Part shown: positions 9,006 to 18,785 of the stretch, in pieces
How positions within the stretch are numbered: the stretch's first letter is position 1
Layout of the letters: each line of letters starts with the position of its first letter
Origin: Candidatus Limnocylindrales bacterium
GTDB lineage: Bacteria; Moduliflexota; Moduliflexia; Moduliflexales; JAUQPW01
Reading direction: 5' to 3'
NCBI GenBank assembly: GCA_035559535.1
Contig: DATMBG010000016.1
Coordinates: forward strand, 1 to 56,230
Length of the DNA stretch: 56,230 nucleotides
Notes under the pieces: generated by a model
Databases searched by the model: none
What the model was told of the DNA's origin: nothing
Seen by the model: only the letters and a program-made list of their open reading frames with translations
Position numbers and translations under genes: made by a program

Positions 9006-12000
9006 ATGAACAGTAATTGGAAGGTGGCAACTTTTGTCTTTCTCTTTTTGTTTGTTCTTACAGGCGGTGGCTTTTACTGGAAGTATCTGGAAGCTTTCGA
9101 AAAGGGGAATCGGTTGAATCAGCTTCAAACCAGAATGCAACAGGATAAATCAACCCATTTAGAAGAAGTCAATGCGCTTAAAAAGCAGATCGATAATCTG
9201 AAATCGGAAAACCAGACTCTTTTAACAACCCTTAAAGCTAAAGCAGAACAGGAAGCTCTCTTGAATAAAAGTACCCAACGCGTTAAGGATCTGGAACAGG
9301 AACTGTCGGATTTAAGGACAAGACTCCAGGAAGAAGTGGAGGGACGGGAAAAGATCATATCAGAACAAAATGAAAAAATCCAGGGGTTGACGGAGCAATT
9401 AGAGGAAATGGAAAAAAATCGGGCAAACCTGGAAAATCAGGTCTCTGAAGGGACTCAAAAACTGTCGGCTTTGGAACAGAAATATCAAAAGGAAATAACT
9501 GCAAAAGAAACCGAGCTTGCCACGGCAAAGGATAAGATCAATCAACTGACCAAACAACTGGAAGAAATACAAACCAACCGCTCGGATTTAGAAAAACAGA
9601 TCACAGATCTGAAGGAAAAGTTTAAAGCAGACCTGGCCGATAAAGAAAATTCCCTTATAGAAGCCAATACTAAAATCGATCAACTCACAAAACAACTGGC
9701 CCAGAGCGAAGACGCCCGCTCTAAATTGGAAAAACAACTCTCAGACCTGAGCCAGAGGTTTCAAACCGAGGTCTCAAAACGTGAGGCTTCCCTCGTTGAG
9801 CTGACTAAAAAGGTGGGAGATCTGAATACTGCAAAGCTGGAAGCAGAGAAACGGCTGGCAAATCTCACAGAACTGCAACGGAATATTAAGGAGAAAGAAA
9901 AGCTCATAGAAGATCAGAAAAAACAGTTGGACCTGTTAAATCAACGATGGGAAACCACGGAAACAGAAAGATCTGAACTGGCCAAGCGGGTGAGTGATCT
10001 GGAAACCTTGTTGGCAGAAAAGACAGACAAAATAAAAAACCAGGAAACGGCTCTGGAGGAGAAAATTCGAGAAATTACTTCGCTGACCCGACAACTGGAG
10101 GATCTGAAGGCCGTTAAATCGGGCCTTGAAGCTCAACTGGCAGAAGCTCGCTCGGGTCTGGAAAATGAAATTAAAAATAAAGGAACCCTCATCGAAGAAC
10201 ACAATAACCTGGTAGCCTCCCTTACCCGACAATTAGATACGCTTAAGTCCGGAAAAGCTGAATTGGAAAAGCAAGTAACAGAACTTAAAACGGCCCTGGA
10301 AGAGCTCACGAAGAATAAAGAGGCCCTCGCAGAGGAGCTAAAAAAGAAAGAAGAGGCCCTCTCTGAACAGAATAGTCAAAATCAGGCCCTCAGGAGACAG
10401 TTGGAGGACCTCCAAACGGCCCGTGCCCAATTAGAACAACAACTGACAACACTAAAAGAAAATCTCCAAAAAGAATTGAAAACCAGAGACGCCTTAATCG
10501 AAGAATATGAACGTTTGATTACTTCGCTTAAAAAAGAGCTGGAGGAATTGAAATCCAGTAAAGCCGCCCTGGAACAACAGTTGAAGAACCTTCAATCTAA
10601 ACTGGAAGACCTCATCCAAAGCCGGAAAGACCTGATCCAGGAAGTAGAAAGAAGAGATAATCTTCTCAAGGAACAAAACCAACGCCTCACTGCTCTAACC
10701 CGAGAGTTAGAGGAAACCCAGGTTGCTAAAGGCCGATTGGAAATTCGGCAGATTGAGATAACCCGACAATTAGAGGACTCAAAGTCGGAGAAGGATAAGC
10801 TGGAAACTCAACTCCAGGAAGTAACGAAGCAGCTAGAAGAAGCCCGGGTAGCAATGGCCGATAAAACCCGACAACTGGAAGAAACCCAATCGGCTAAAGA
10901 TAGGCTGGAAACTCGATTAACCGGCCTGACCCAACAGTTAGAAGAAACCCAGGCCGCTAAGGATAAACTGGAAGCCCAACTGGCCAATAAAACCAAACAA
11001 CTGGAAGAAGCCCAATCGGTTAAAGACAGGCTGGAAACTCAACTGGTCGATAAAACCAAACAATTAGAGGAAACCCAGGCCGCTAAAGACAAACTGGAAA
11101 CTCAACTGGCCGATAAAACCAAACAACTGGAAGAAACTCAATCGGCTAAAGATAAGCTGGAAACTCAATTGACCAATCTAACCCAACAGTTAGAGGAAAC
11201 CCAAGCTGCTAAAGACAAACTGGGAACTCAACTGGCCGAGGTTGCCCGACAACTCCAGGACATCCAACTGACCAAAGATGGATTGGAAACTCAACTGGTC
11301 GATAAAACCAAACAATTAGAGGAAACCCAGGCCGCCAAGGATAAGCTGGAAACTCAATTGACCAATCTAACCCAACAGTTAGAGGAAGCCCGGTCGGCTA
11401 AAGGTAAATTGGAGGCTCAGTTGGCTGATCTGAAAGCAGCCTTTGAAAAGGATGCCCTGGTTCGGGAAACTAAAATCCAGGAACAGGCAACCCGAATCGC
11501 TACTTTGGTTCAACAGGTGGAGGAAGCCAGGGCCGCAAGATCCAATCTGGAACAACAATTTAAAGAGGTCAATCAAAAATTGGATGAGGTTATTAAAAGT
11601 AATGAAAAGCTTATCCAGGAACTTAAAAATAAAGAAAAAACCCTGGCCGAGCGTGAAAAGAAAATAGTAGACTTTGCTATGAAGGTAGGATATATAGCCG
11701 ATGTCAGTTTCGTTAAAGAAGATCTGGAACAGCAACTGGCAACCCTTACAGCCTGGTTTACCCGGGAGATTCAGGATAAAAAAGCTTTGATAGAAGCCCG
11801 TGAGAAGAAAATTGAGGAATTGACTACTCAGATTCGTGAGATTGAAACTAAAAAATCTCATTTAGAGAATGAGCTGGCCCGACTTAAAAAGGAATTGGAG
11901 GAGGAACGGAGTAAACAAGGAGTACGGGTTGCACAACTCACGGCACAAATTGAAGGTCTTACCAGGCAGATTCAAGAGATGGAGCGCATCCGAGCTGACC

Positions 12001-12869
12001 TGGAAAAACAATTATCCGATCTCAAGGTAAAGTTTGACCGGGAAATCGGGGAGAAAGATATCCACATTGCAGGATTACGCCAACAGATCGAAGAGAAGGA
12101 ATCTCAGATCACTTCTCTTAAAGAAAAGGAAAAGGAACGGGAAGCTTCTCTGGAACAACAACGAAAAGAAATTGAAAACTACAAGACCCAGATTGAGCAA
12201 CTTCAAGCCAAACTGGCTGAGCAGGAACAGGAAAGCCAGTATAAACTGGAGAAGCTGGAAGCCGTTTATAGTGAGCTCCTGGAAGAGCTCGGCAAAGGGA
12301 TAGAAGCCGGAAACATAGAGGTAGCTGCTATCCAACAAAAGCTGGCCCAACTGGAAGAAACCAGAAAAATTAAGATGGACCGGCTGAAAACTACCTATGA
12401 AAGTCTGGTCAGAAACCTGGCAGAAGAGATCAGACAACATACAGTAACGGTGGAACGAGCCAGGGAACAACTCTCGGTGAACATTATCGATCAGATTCTC
12501 TTTGACTCGGGAAGTGCAACCATTAAAAAAAGTGGCATTGAGGTTCTCAATAAAGTCGGCATGCTCCTGAAAAACCTGGACGATAAGGCTGTTCGAATCG
12601 AAGGACATACCGATAGCCGCCCCATTGGACCTGATCTACAACCTATCTTTCCGACTAATTGGGAACTCTCTGTGGCCAGAGCCGTAAACGTGGTGAGATA
12701 TTTGCAAGAAAAACTTAAACTGGATCCTACAAAATTGTCTGTTGCCGGCTATGCGCAGTATAAACCTGTCGCCAGTAACAGCACGGAGGAGGGAAGAGCT
12801 AAAAATCGACGGATTGAGATCGTGGTCTATTCGCTTCCACAGTACGGGCGCAATGCATTGCGCCCCTAA
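9006..12869 (+). CDS. Membrane-anchored giant coiled-coil protein with C-terminal OmpA/MotB-like peptidoglycan-binding domain
   Basis: Strong SD GGAGGAGG; N-terminal hydrophobic helix; ~1100 aa of heptad-rich E/K/Q/L sequence; C-terminal LFDSGSA, IEGHTD, NWELSVARA, RAKNRRIEI. Confidence 0.93.
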   Translation: MNSNWKVATFVFLFLFVLTGGGFYWKYLEAFEKGNRLNQLQTRMQQDKSTHLEEVNALKKQIDNLKSENQTLLTTLKAKAEQEALLNKSTQRVKDLEQELSDLRTRLQEEVEGREKIISEQNEKIQGLTEQLEEMEKNRANLENQVSEGTQKLSALEQKYQKEITAKETELATAKDKINQLTKQLEEIQTNRSDLEKQITDLKEKFKADLADKENSLIEANTKIDQLTKQLAQSEDARSKLEKQLSDLSQRFQTEVSKREASLVELTKKVGDLNTAKLEAEKRLANLTELQRNIKEKEKLIEDQKKQLDLLNQRWETTETERSELAKRVSDLETLLAEKTDKIKNQETALEEKIREITSLTRQLEDLKAVKSGLEAQLAEARSGLENEIKNKGTLIEEHNNLVASLTRQLDTLKSGKAELEKQVTELKTALEELTKNKEALAEELKKKEEALSEQNSQNQALRRQLEDLQTARAQLEQQLTTLKENLQKELKTRDALIEEYERLITSLKKELEELKSSKAALEQQLKNLQSKLEDLIQSRKDLIQEVERRDNLLKEQNQRLTALTRELEETQVAKGRLEIRQIEITRQLEDSKSEKDKLETQLQEVTKQLEEARVAMADKTRQLEETQSAKDRLETRLTGLTQQLEETQAAKDKLEAQLANKTKQLEEAQSVKDRLETQLVDKTKQLEETQAAKDKLETQLADKTKQLEETQSAKDKLETQLTNLTQQLEETQAAKDKLGTQLAEVARQLQDIQLTKDGLETQLVDKTKQLEETQAAKDKLETQLTNLTQQLEEARSAKGKLEAQLADLKAAFEKDALVRETKIQEQATRIATLVQQVEEARAARSNLEQQFKEVNQKLDEVIKSNEKLIQELKNKEKTLAEREKKIVDFAMKVGYIADVSFVKEDLEQQLATLTAWFTREIQDKKALIEAREKKIEELTTQIREIETKKSHLENELARLKKELEEERSKQGVRVAQLTAQIEGLTRQIQEMERIRADLEKQLSDLKVKFDREIGEKDIHIAGLRQQIEEKESQITSLKEKEKEREASLEQQRKEIENYKTQIEQLQAKLAEQEQESQYKLEKLEAVYSELLEELGKGIEAGNIEVAAIQQKLAQLEETRKIKMDRLKTTYESLVRNLAEEIRQHTVTVERAREQLSVNIIDQILFDSGSATIKKSGIEVLNKVGMLLKNLDDKAVRIEGHTDSRPIGPDLQPIFPTNWELSVARAVNVVRYLQEKLKLDPTKLSVAGYAQYKPVASNSTEEGRAKNRRIEIVVYSLPQYGRNALRP
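10690..11430 (+). repeat. Intragenic 63-bp (21-aa) tandem repeat, about 11-12 units
   Basis: Units like LEETQAAKDKLETQLADKTKQ; near-identical DNA units at 11031/11283 and 11157/11346. Confidence 0.9.
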
Positions 12870-12896
12870 TACGGGCGGACGGCCGTCCGCCCGTAC
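12842..12896. repeat. Two adjacent REP-like hairpins overlapping the stop codon of the OmpA-domain gene
   Basis: GTACGGGCGCAATGCATTGCGCCCCTAA and TACGGGCGGACGGCCGTCCGCCCGTAC. Confidence 0.75.
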
Positions 12897-12964
12897 CCAT
12901 CCCTCGTTAAATTCGTGGGATAAGCTCCCAAAGGAGAAATATTTTCTCGGAGATTGAAATAGAG

Positions 12965-15181
12965 GTGCGTGTTATGAGAAGACTTATCGGTTACGTGTTT
13001 ATAACGATGGTGTTTATTATCGGAACATTAACAACGAAGATTTCTCTAGGCGAAAACTTAAAAGATGAGCCGATTGATCTGGATCTAAATACTTTTATGC
13101 CGGTAGAAGAGGTCAAACCTGGAATGAAAGGAATTGGTAAAACGGTCTTTTCAGGTACACGGATCGATGAATTCCAGGTTGAAATCGTGGGGGTACTAAA
13201 AAATATAACCCCTCGAGGGGACATGATTTTGGCCAGGGTAACCGGAGGTCCTCTTCCTTTAGAACGAACCGGCGTTATCGCCGGTATGAGTGGTAGCCCT
13301 ATCTATATAAACGGTCGATTGGTAGGGGCTTTGGCTTATACCCTGAGCATTTTTCAAACGGAGCCCATGGCCGGAATAACGCCCATTCTGGAAATGATAG
13401 CAGAGTATGAACGGAATAAGGCAGACCTGGAGGGAAATAGAGGCCAGATCTTGAAGGCCGACCGCAAAGAGGAATCCTGTGTGAACAAATCTTGTGCATC
13501 CACCCCTCGGGATACCGCTTCCCTACCGACCTCTATGCTGGGAAGTCGGATTAAAATGTTCAATTTTTGGAACTCTGTGATGAATCCTTGGGCGCAGGAA
13601 TGGAACCTTTCAAGTCGACTCGGAACCTTTGAGGCTTCCCTTGAGGATCTGGATGTTGAAATTCAAAAATTAAAAGAATGGTTTGCCCTCCGTAATCCAG
13701 GATTCTCCTGGCCCATAGATAATAACCGACAAACCCAGGATTCCGAACCCTGGAGATTTTCCTTCCAGACATCGGGCCCGCCTGTGAGTGGGTTACCCTC
13801 TTCTTTTATACCTATTAAAACCCCCTTGACGCTGTCCGGCATCGATGAACGGGTTCTGAAAGAAATAACTCCTCTACTGGAAAGTTACGGGATTGTTCCC
13901 GTTCAAGGAGGCGAAGTAGCCGGTTTGTCGGGATCCATACAGGAAACCTTGACCCAAAACTCCTCTGCCTCTGCATCTTCAGCGGTGGAAATGCTACGCC
14001 CCGGTTCTTCTCTGGGAGTTCAACTCATTCGAGGAGATTTAACGGCAAGTGGTTTTGGTACCGTCACCTATGTCAATAAAAACCACCTGATCGCCTTCGG
14101 ACATCCTATGTTCGCAGCGGGTAAGGTAGATATCCCCATGACCACCTCCTACGTCCATATGGTTATGGCAAATCAAATCAACTCCTTTAAGATCGCATCT
14201 CCCCTTACCGTCATGGGAAGTATTCGACAAGACCGACGTACCGGTATTACAGGAGTCATGGGAAGTCCTCCTCAAATGGTGCCTTTAAAAGTGGTCGTGG
14301 AATCTGAAAAGGATCATCGAGTAAATGAATACAATTTTGAAATCATCAATGATGATTTCTTTGCACCGCTCTTTGTAAGAATCAGTTGCCTGAATTCACT
14401 CTTTGCTTCCTTTAGGGCCATCGGAGATGTTACCATTAAGGTTCAATCGGAGGTTTACTTAAAAGATCGGCCTCCCCTGATCCAGAAGAACGTTTTCTCT
14501 GGAGATGAAGCTTCGGTATTGGCTTCTTTAGCCTCCGTCAGGCCAGTAGGGATCTTGATGAATAACCCCTTTGAGGATGTTCAGGTGGAGAAGATTCTCA
14601 TTCACCTGTCGGTGTCGGAAAAACTGGAGGTGGCTAAGATCGAGGGGGCTCGGGTAAGCAGAGACGTGGTTAAACCGGGAGAATCTACCCGCTTGACGGT
14701 CTTTATCCAGCCTTTCCATGGTGAGTTAATTGCAGAAAAGGTCGATGTAACTATCCCAGAAAGCTCACCCCGGGGGGAATACCGATTGATGGTTTGTGAT
14801 TCGCAAATCATCAATACCTTTGAAAAATTTAGAGCCCCCCTGAACTTCGAACCCCAATCCCTGACCCAACTCATGAGCTTATTGGAAACTGAAGAACAGA
14901 ATAATGAAATTATCGTTCAGTTGATTCATCCGAAATCTGGAGTCACCATCAAAGGCCGGGAATTTTCATCTCCTCCGGTGTCCCTTCTGGCTATTATGAA
15001 TTCCTCCCGGCACGTGGGGGAAGGAGGCCCGACCCGAGGAACCATCTTCACACGACAGCGTATTCCTACCAACTATATGATATCCGGGTGTGAACTCCTC
15101 CCTATCACCGTAGACGACAAATATGGAATAGACTTAAATACGGACGGCAGTCCTAAAATTAAAAAAGGAGATAATCTATAG
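12965..15181 (+). CDS. SpoIVB peptidase S55 domain-containing exported protein
   Basis: Signal/TM N-terminus; GMKGIGKTVF, GVIAGMSGSPIY, GTVTY, IAFGHP, QDRRTGI motifs. Confidence 0.88.
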   Translation: MRVMRRLIGYVFITMVFIIGTLTTKISLGENLKDEPIDLDLNTFMPVEEVKPGMKGIGKTVFSGTRIDEFQVEIVGVLKNITPRGDMILARVTGGPLPLERTGVIAGMSGSPIYINGRLVGALAYTLSIFQTEPMAGITPILEMIAEYERNKADLEGNRGQILKADRKEESCVNKSCASTPRDTASLPTSMLGSRIKMFNFWNSVMNPWAQEWNLSSRLGTFEASLEDLDVEIQKLKEWFALRNPGFSWPIDNNRQTQDSEPWRFSFQTSGPPVSGLPSSFIPIKTPLTLSGIDERVLKEITPLLESYGIVPVQGGEVAGLSGSIQETLTQNSSASASSAVEMLRPGSSLGVQLIRGDLTASGFGTVTYVNKNHLIAFGHPMFAAGKVDIPMTTSYVHMVMANQINSFKIASPLTVMGSIRQDRRTGITGVMGSPPQMVPLKVVVESEKDHRVNEYNFEIINDDFFAPLFVRISCLNSLFASFRAIGDVTIKVQSEVYLKDRPPLIQKNVFSGDEASVLASLASVRPVGILMNNPFEDVQVEKILIHLSVSEKLEVAKIEGARVSRDVVKPGESTRLTVFIQPFHGELIAEKVDVTIPESSPRGEYRLMVCDSQIINTFEKFRAPLNFEPQSLTQLMSLLETEEQNNEIIVQLIHPKSGVTIKGREFSSPPVSLLAIMNSSRHVGEGGPTRGTIFTRQRIPTNYMISGCELLPITVDDKYGIDLNTDGSPKIKKGDNL

Positions 15182-15185
15182 TTAA

Positions 15186-15445
15186 CCCGGAGTCCTTAGT
15201 CTGGAATCTGCAGTTCCCCGATATCCGGCTACCAGGGAAGAAGACAGATTGTGACGTGGGGAATGGATGACGGGGGACGCGGCGACTATCTTCGTCGTAT
15301 CTTTCCTGTCCCCACATTCCCATGTCCCTGCCTCCCCGTGTCCAATTCAGGAGGGGTATCTTTGGGGTAGGGGTGCAATGCCTTGCGCCCGTACTAGTTT
15401 TCCTGAAGAACACCAGATCCCGGATCCTGGACCCCGGACAACCAA
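15186..15445. repeat. Nested intergenic repeats (7-mer-like outer arms, purine/pyrimidine inner arms, REP)
   Basis: CCGGAGTCC../..GGACCCCGG arms, GGGGACGCGG../..CCCCGTGTCC arms, and family A REP at 15367-15394. Confidence 0.5.
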
Positions 15446-15455
15446 AATTAGAAGT

Positions 15456-17636
15456 ATGAAGAAGTTTGTAAGGGCGAACCCCTTAGCATCCTCAAGGCAG
15501 GTCTGGGTGTTCGCCTTTTGGGTCATAGTCCTTTTGCTTTATCCGGGCCCGTTTTCTGTAGAGGCCGTGAATACCATGTTCTGGGAAACCAGATCCCAAC
15601 GGGATTTTAGTAGAGGAGAAGCCGATGGGGTCTCCATTACCAATGAAGGAGAGGTAGTGTTGTCTCCCAAATTAACGCCGGTTCTTAATACAGAGGATAA
15701 AGAGTTGTTCGTTTGGGCACTGGCTATGGATGCCGATGAAAACCTCTACGCGGCCACAGGAAACAACGGGCGCATCTTTAAAATCTCCAAGGAGGGAACC
15801 CCCTCCCTTTTTTTTGATTCTCCAGAGGTCAGTATCCTGAGTTTAGCCCTTGATGCACAGGGGCATATTTACGCTGGTAGTTCCCCCGATGGGGTCATTT
15901 ATAAAATAGATCCCCAGGGAACCTATCGAACCTTTTTTAATACCGGTGAAACCTACGTATGGGCTTTGGTTGTGGACACTTCCGGAAATATCTTCGCCGC
16001 TACAGGGGATAAAGGCCGAATCTATAAAATCTCCCCCGAAGGTAAAAGCCGTATTTTATTCGACTCCGGACAATCCCATATTACCGCACTCATCCCAGAT
16101 GGGCAGGGAGGGTTCTATGCAGGCAGTGAAGGGGATGGAATTATATATCGGGTAAGTCCTGAAGGAAAAGTCTCTGTCCTCTATGACGCGGAAGAAAACG
16201 AGATCCATGCCCTGGTCTTAGATCGCCAGGGAAACCTTTATGCTGCTGCCTTGGCCAGCCGAACGACAACCCCTGTTTCCAGGGATAAAAAACCCCCTGA
16301 AGAAAAGGATACTAAAGAAAAGCGAAGCATTAAAACCTCCAGCATTTACAAGATCACCCCGGAAGGAGCCGTTACAAAAATATGGAGCTCTCCCTCCAGC
16401 TTCGTCTATTCCATGATCCTGGATAAAAATGATAGACTCCTGGTTGGAACTGATGACCGAAGTACGGTCTATGAAATCTCCTCAGATGGAGAATTTACAA
16501 CCCTTTTCCGTACCGATAAAACCCAGGTCCTCTCCCTCCTTCAAGGAGCAAATCAGGATATCTACCTGGGAACCGGAGATACGGCCATGGTTTACAAAAT
16601 AGATCTACACGCCCGCGAAATGGGAACCTTAATATCCCCAACTTATGATGCTCAAATCATTTCAAAATGGGGAAAACTTTCCTGGAAAGGGACCCCCCAG
16701 GGAATAAAATTTATGACCCGAACCGGAAATACAGAAAAACCGGATAGTACCTGGAGTCCCTGGTCTGAGGAATATACCGATAAAGATGGAACCAATATTA
16801 CCAGCCCACCAGCTCGCTTTATTCAATGGAAAGCTATCTTAGAACCAACTCCGGACATGGATTCTCCGGTGCTCAAAGAGGTTACGATTTCTTATCTCCC
16901 AAAAAATCTGAGTCCTCGAATCAATCGACTGAATGTGATCTCCTTCCGGGAGGAACCACCGGCACCTCCTCCTGTAAAGGAAATCAAAAAACCCGATGAG
17001 AAGGATGAGAAAAGCGAAGAGAAAACGCCCCCTCCCCCAAGCCCCATCCGCCGGGTTAAAGTAGAACGAGGTAAAAAACTTATTACCTGGGTGGCCGAAG
17101 ATCCCAATAATGATACCCTGGCCTATGAGCTTTATTTTAAGGGAGAAGAGGAAAAAAATTGGAAGTTGCTGGAGGAAGATATCCGAGAAAACTCTTATCT
17201 CCTGGAGACCGAATCTTTACCCGATGGATGGTACCAGATCAAGATTAAAGCCAGTGATGCTCCTTCCAATCCCGACGATAAGGCGTTGACGGCAGAGAAA
17301 ATCAGTGAACCCTTCTTAATCGATAATACCCCTCCCGTAGTAAAATCTATTTCTACGCACCGAGATGCAACGACCGGGGATCTTCTGGTTTCCGTTCAGG
17401 CAATGGATAATGCAAGTCCACTTAAAAACGCACAATATTCCCTGGATGCCGGAGAGTGGAAAACCGTTTTTCCAAAAGATGAAATATTGGATTCGAAGGA
17501 AGAAGAATTCGAGATTTCTTTAAAAAACCTCTCTCCCGGAGAGCACACGCTGGTCTTTAAGGTCACAGATACCTCGGGAAATGTAGGAGCCGGAAAAACC
17601 GTTATTCAAAGCCCCTCCCCGCTCTCTCAAAAGTAG
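15456..17636 (+). CDS. Exported beta-propeller repeat protein with C-terminal Fn3/Ig-like domains
   Basis: Repeated [LV]xxDxxGNxYAxTGxxGxIYKI blades; TRTGNTEKPDxTWSPW; DNTPP and YSLDAGEW Ig-like motifs. Start moved to ATG 15456 because the upstream in-frame part is repeat DNA. Confidence 0.85.
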   Translation: MKKFVRANPLASSRQVWVFAFWVIVLLLYPGPFSVEAVNTMFWETRSQRDFSRGEADGVSITNEGEVVLSPKLTPVLNTEDKELFVWALAMDADENLYAATGNNGRIFKISKEGTPSLFFDSPEVSILSLALDAQGHIYAGSSPDGVIYKIDPQGTYRTFFNTGETYVWALVVDTSGNIFAATGDKGRIYKISPEGKSRILFDSGQSHITALIPDGQGGFYAGSEGDGIIYRVSPEGKVSVLYDAEENEIHALVLDRQGNLYAAALASRTTTPVSRDKKPPEEKDTKEKRSIKTSSIYKITPEGAVTKIWSSPSSFVYSMILDKNDRLLVGTDDRSTVYEISSDGEFTTLFRTDKTQVLSLLQGANQDIYLGTGDTAMVYKIDLHAREMGTLISPTYDAQIISKWGKLSWKGTPQGIKFMTRTGNTEKPDSTWSPWSEEYTDKDGTNITSPPARFIQWKAILEPTPDMDSPVLKEVTISYLPKNLSPRINRLNVISFREEPPAPPPVKEIKKPDEKDEKSEEKTPPPPSPIRRVKVERGKKLITWVAEDPNNDTLAYELYFKGEEEKNWKLLEEDIRENSYLLETESLPDGWYQIKIKASDAPSNPDDKALTAEKISEPFLIDNTPPVVKSISTHRDATTGDLLVSVQAMDNASPLKNAQYSLDAGEWKTVFPKDEILDSKEEEFEISLKNLSPGEHTLVFKVTDTSGNVGAGKTVIQSPSPLSQK

Positions 17637-17746
17637 CCAGGGTTCAGGATTTCCTTCCTGCCAATAGGGGCCTGTGACAACAGGTCCCTACTCCTTCTTG
17701 TGGAGTGCAGGCCCCTTGCCGACTTCTCTTTAGACCGGGGAAGAAT

Positions 17747-18110
17747 TCAGGTAGTAGGGGCACAAGGTCTTGTGCCCCTACTACCTGATATCCTGTAAAG
17801 TTGATCCTGTGTAATTTTCTACCCTTGCCCCCGACTTCCATACGCGCCGGGATAAGAAGGTTAACCCCAGCGGGGCAACCTGTTTAACAGCTTGAAAAAT
17901 TCTGATACTTTATCCCTCGACGAAAATGGGGGGTTACCTACTAGGGGCGCAATGCCTTGCGCCCTTTATCCTTCGACAAAAATCGGGGGTTACCTACTAG
18001 GGGCGCAATGCCTTGCGCCCCTACTACGTCCCTGACAGGGCTTTTCAGCCCCTACCCTGTGCCTCCCCGTGGACGGGGAGGGAAGAGGGGAGGAAGGGGG
18101 GAAGGGAATT
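17747..18110. repeat. Cluster of REP-like elements between convergent genes
   Basis: TCAGGTAGTAGGGGCACAAGGTCTTGTGCCCCTACTACCTGA; ~56-bp tandem duplication at 17909-18026 carrying family A REPs; CGTCCCTGACAGGGCTTTTCAGC; CCTCCCCGTGGACGGGGAGG hairpin. Confidence 0.8.
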
Positions 18111-18785
18111 TCATGTTTTCTTCTGGATACGTTGAGAATAATTTTTATCCAACCCCTTCTCAAAACTCCCATAGTAAATCTTCCGACCTTCTTTCCGATA
18201 CTTGATTTCGTAGTTACTAAGACCTTCTTTTTCTAAAACCCTCAGAGGGTTTTCCTCAGCCTGTGACGTATCGGCTGTTGTAAAGGGCCAGGAATGATCG
18301 ACCGGAGACAATTGGGTATACCGGGTTATCAGATCCAGGATGACCTGATAATAGCTCTCAACATCGGTAGCTATATTTAACCGACCTCCTGGAACCAACG
18401 TACGTTCCAACTGAATCACAAAATTTTCTTTGAAGAGCCGCCTTTTGGCATGCCTTCGCTTTGGCCAGGGATCCGGAAAATAAATGTGATAGGCAGATAT
18501 GGAGTTATCCGGGATAAATCGAGGAATAAATTCCTCAGCAAGGGCCATAACCAGTCGGATATTTTTCAGCCCCCGTTTTAGGATACGCTCACGGGTAATT
18601 CGAAAACATTTACGAGATCTTTCGATACCTAAATAATTTTTCCCGGGGTTTTCCCAGGCAGACCTGAGCAAAAATCGGCCTTTGCCAAACCCGATTTCGA
18701 TTTCCACAGGATTGGTATTCCCAAAAAGACTCTCCCATTCCAGAGGCTGTGGGAGTTTGGTAAGATCAAGCTCCAATTCTTCCAT
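18111..18785 (-). CDS. trmB: tRNA (guanine-N7)-methyltransferase
   Basis: EIGFGKGRF, GIE, FPDPWPKRRHAKRRL, ATD, NYE motifs. Confidence 0.95.
   Translation of the reverse strand: MEELELDLTKLPQPLEWESLFGNTNPVEIEIGFGKGRFLLRSAWENPGKNYLGIERSRKCFRITRERILKRGLKNIRLVMALAEEFIPRFIPDNSISAYHIYFPDPWPKRRHAKRRLFKENFVIQLERTLVPGGRLNIATDVESYYQVILDLITRYTQLSPVDHSWPFTTADTSQAEENPLRVLEKEGLSNYEIKYRKEGRKIYYGSFEKGLDKNYSQRIQKKT

Noticed and set aside
9006-12869. Calling the rod protein SMC or flagellar MotB
   Set aside because: No Walker motifs or hinge; no TM Asp and no motA partner
15267-15455. N-terminal extension of the propeller protein
   Set aside because: It runs through intergenic repeats and precedes the signal peptide
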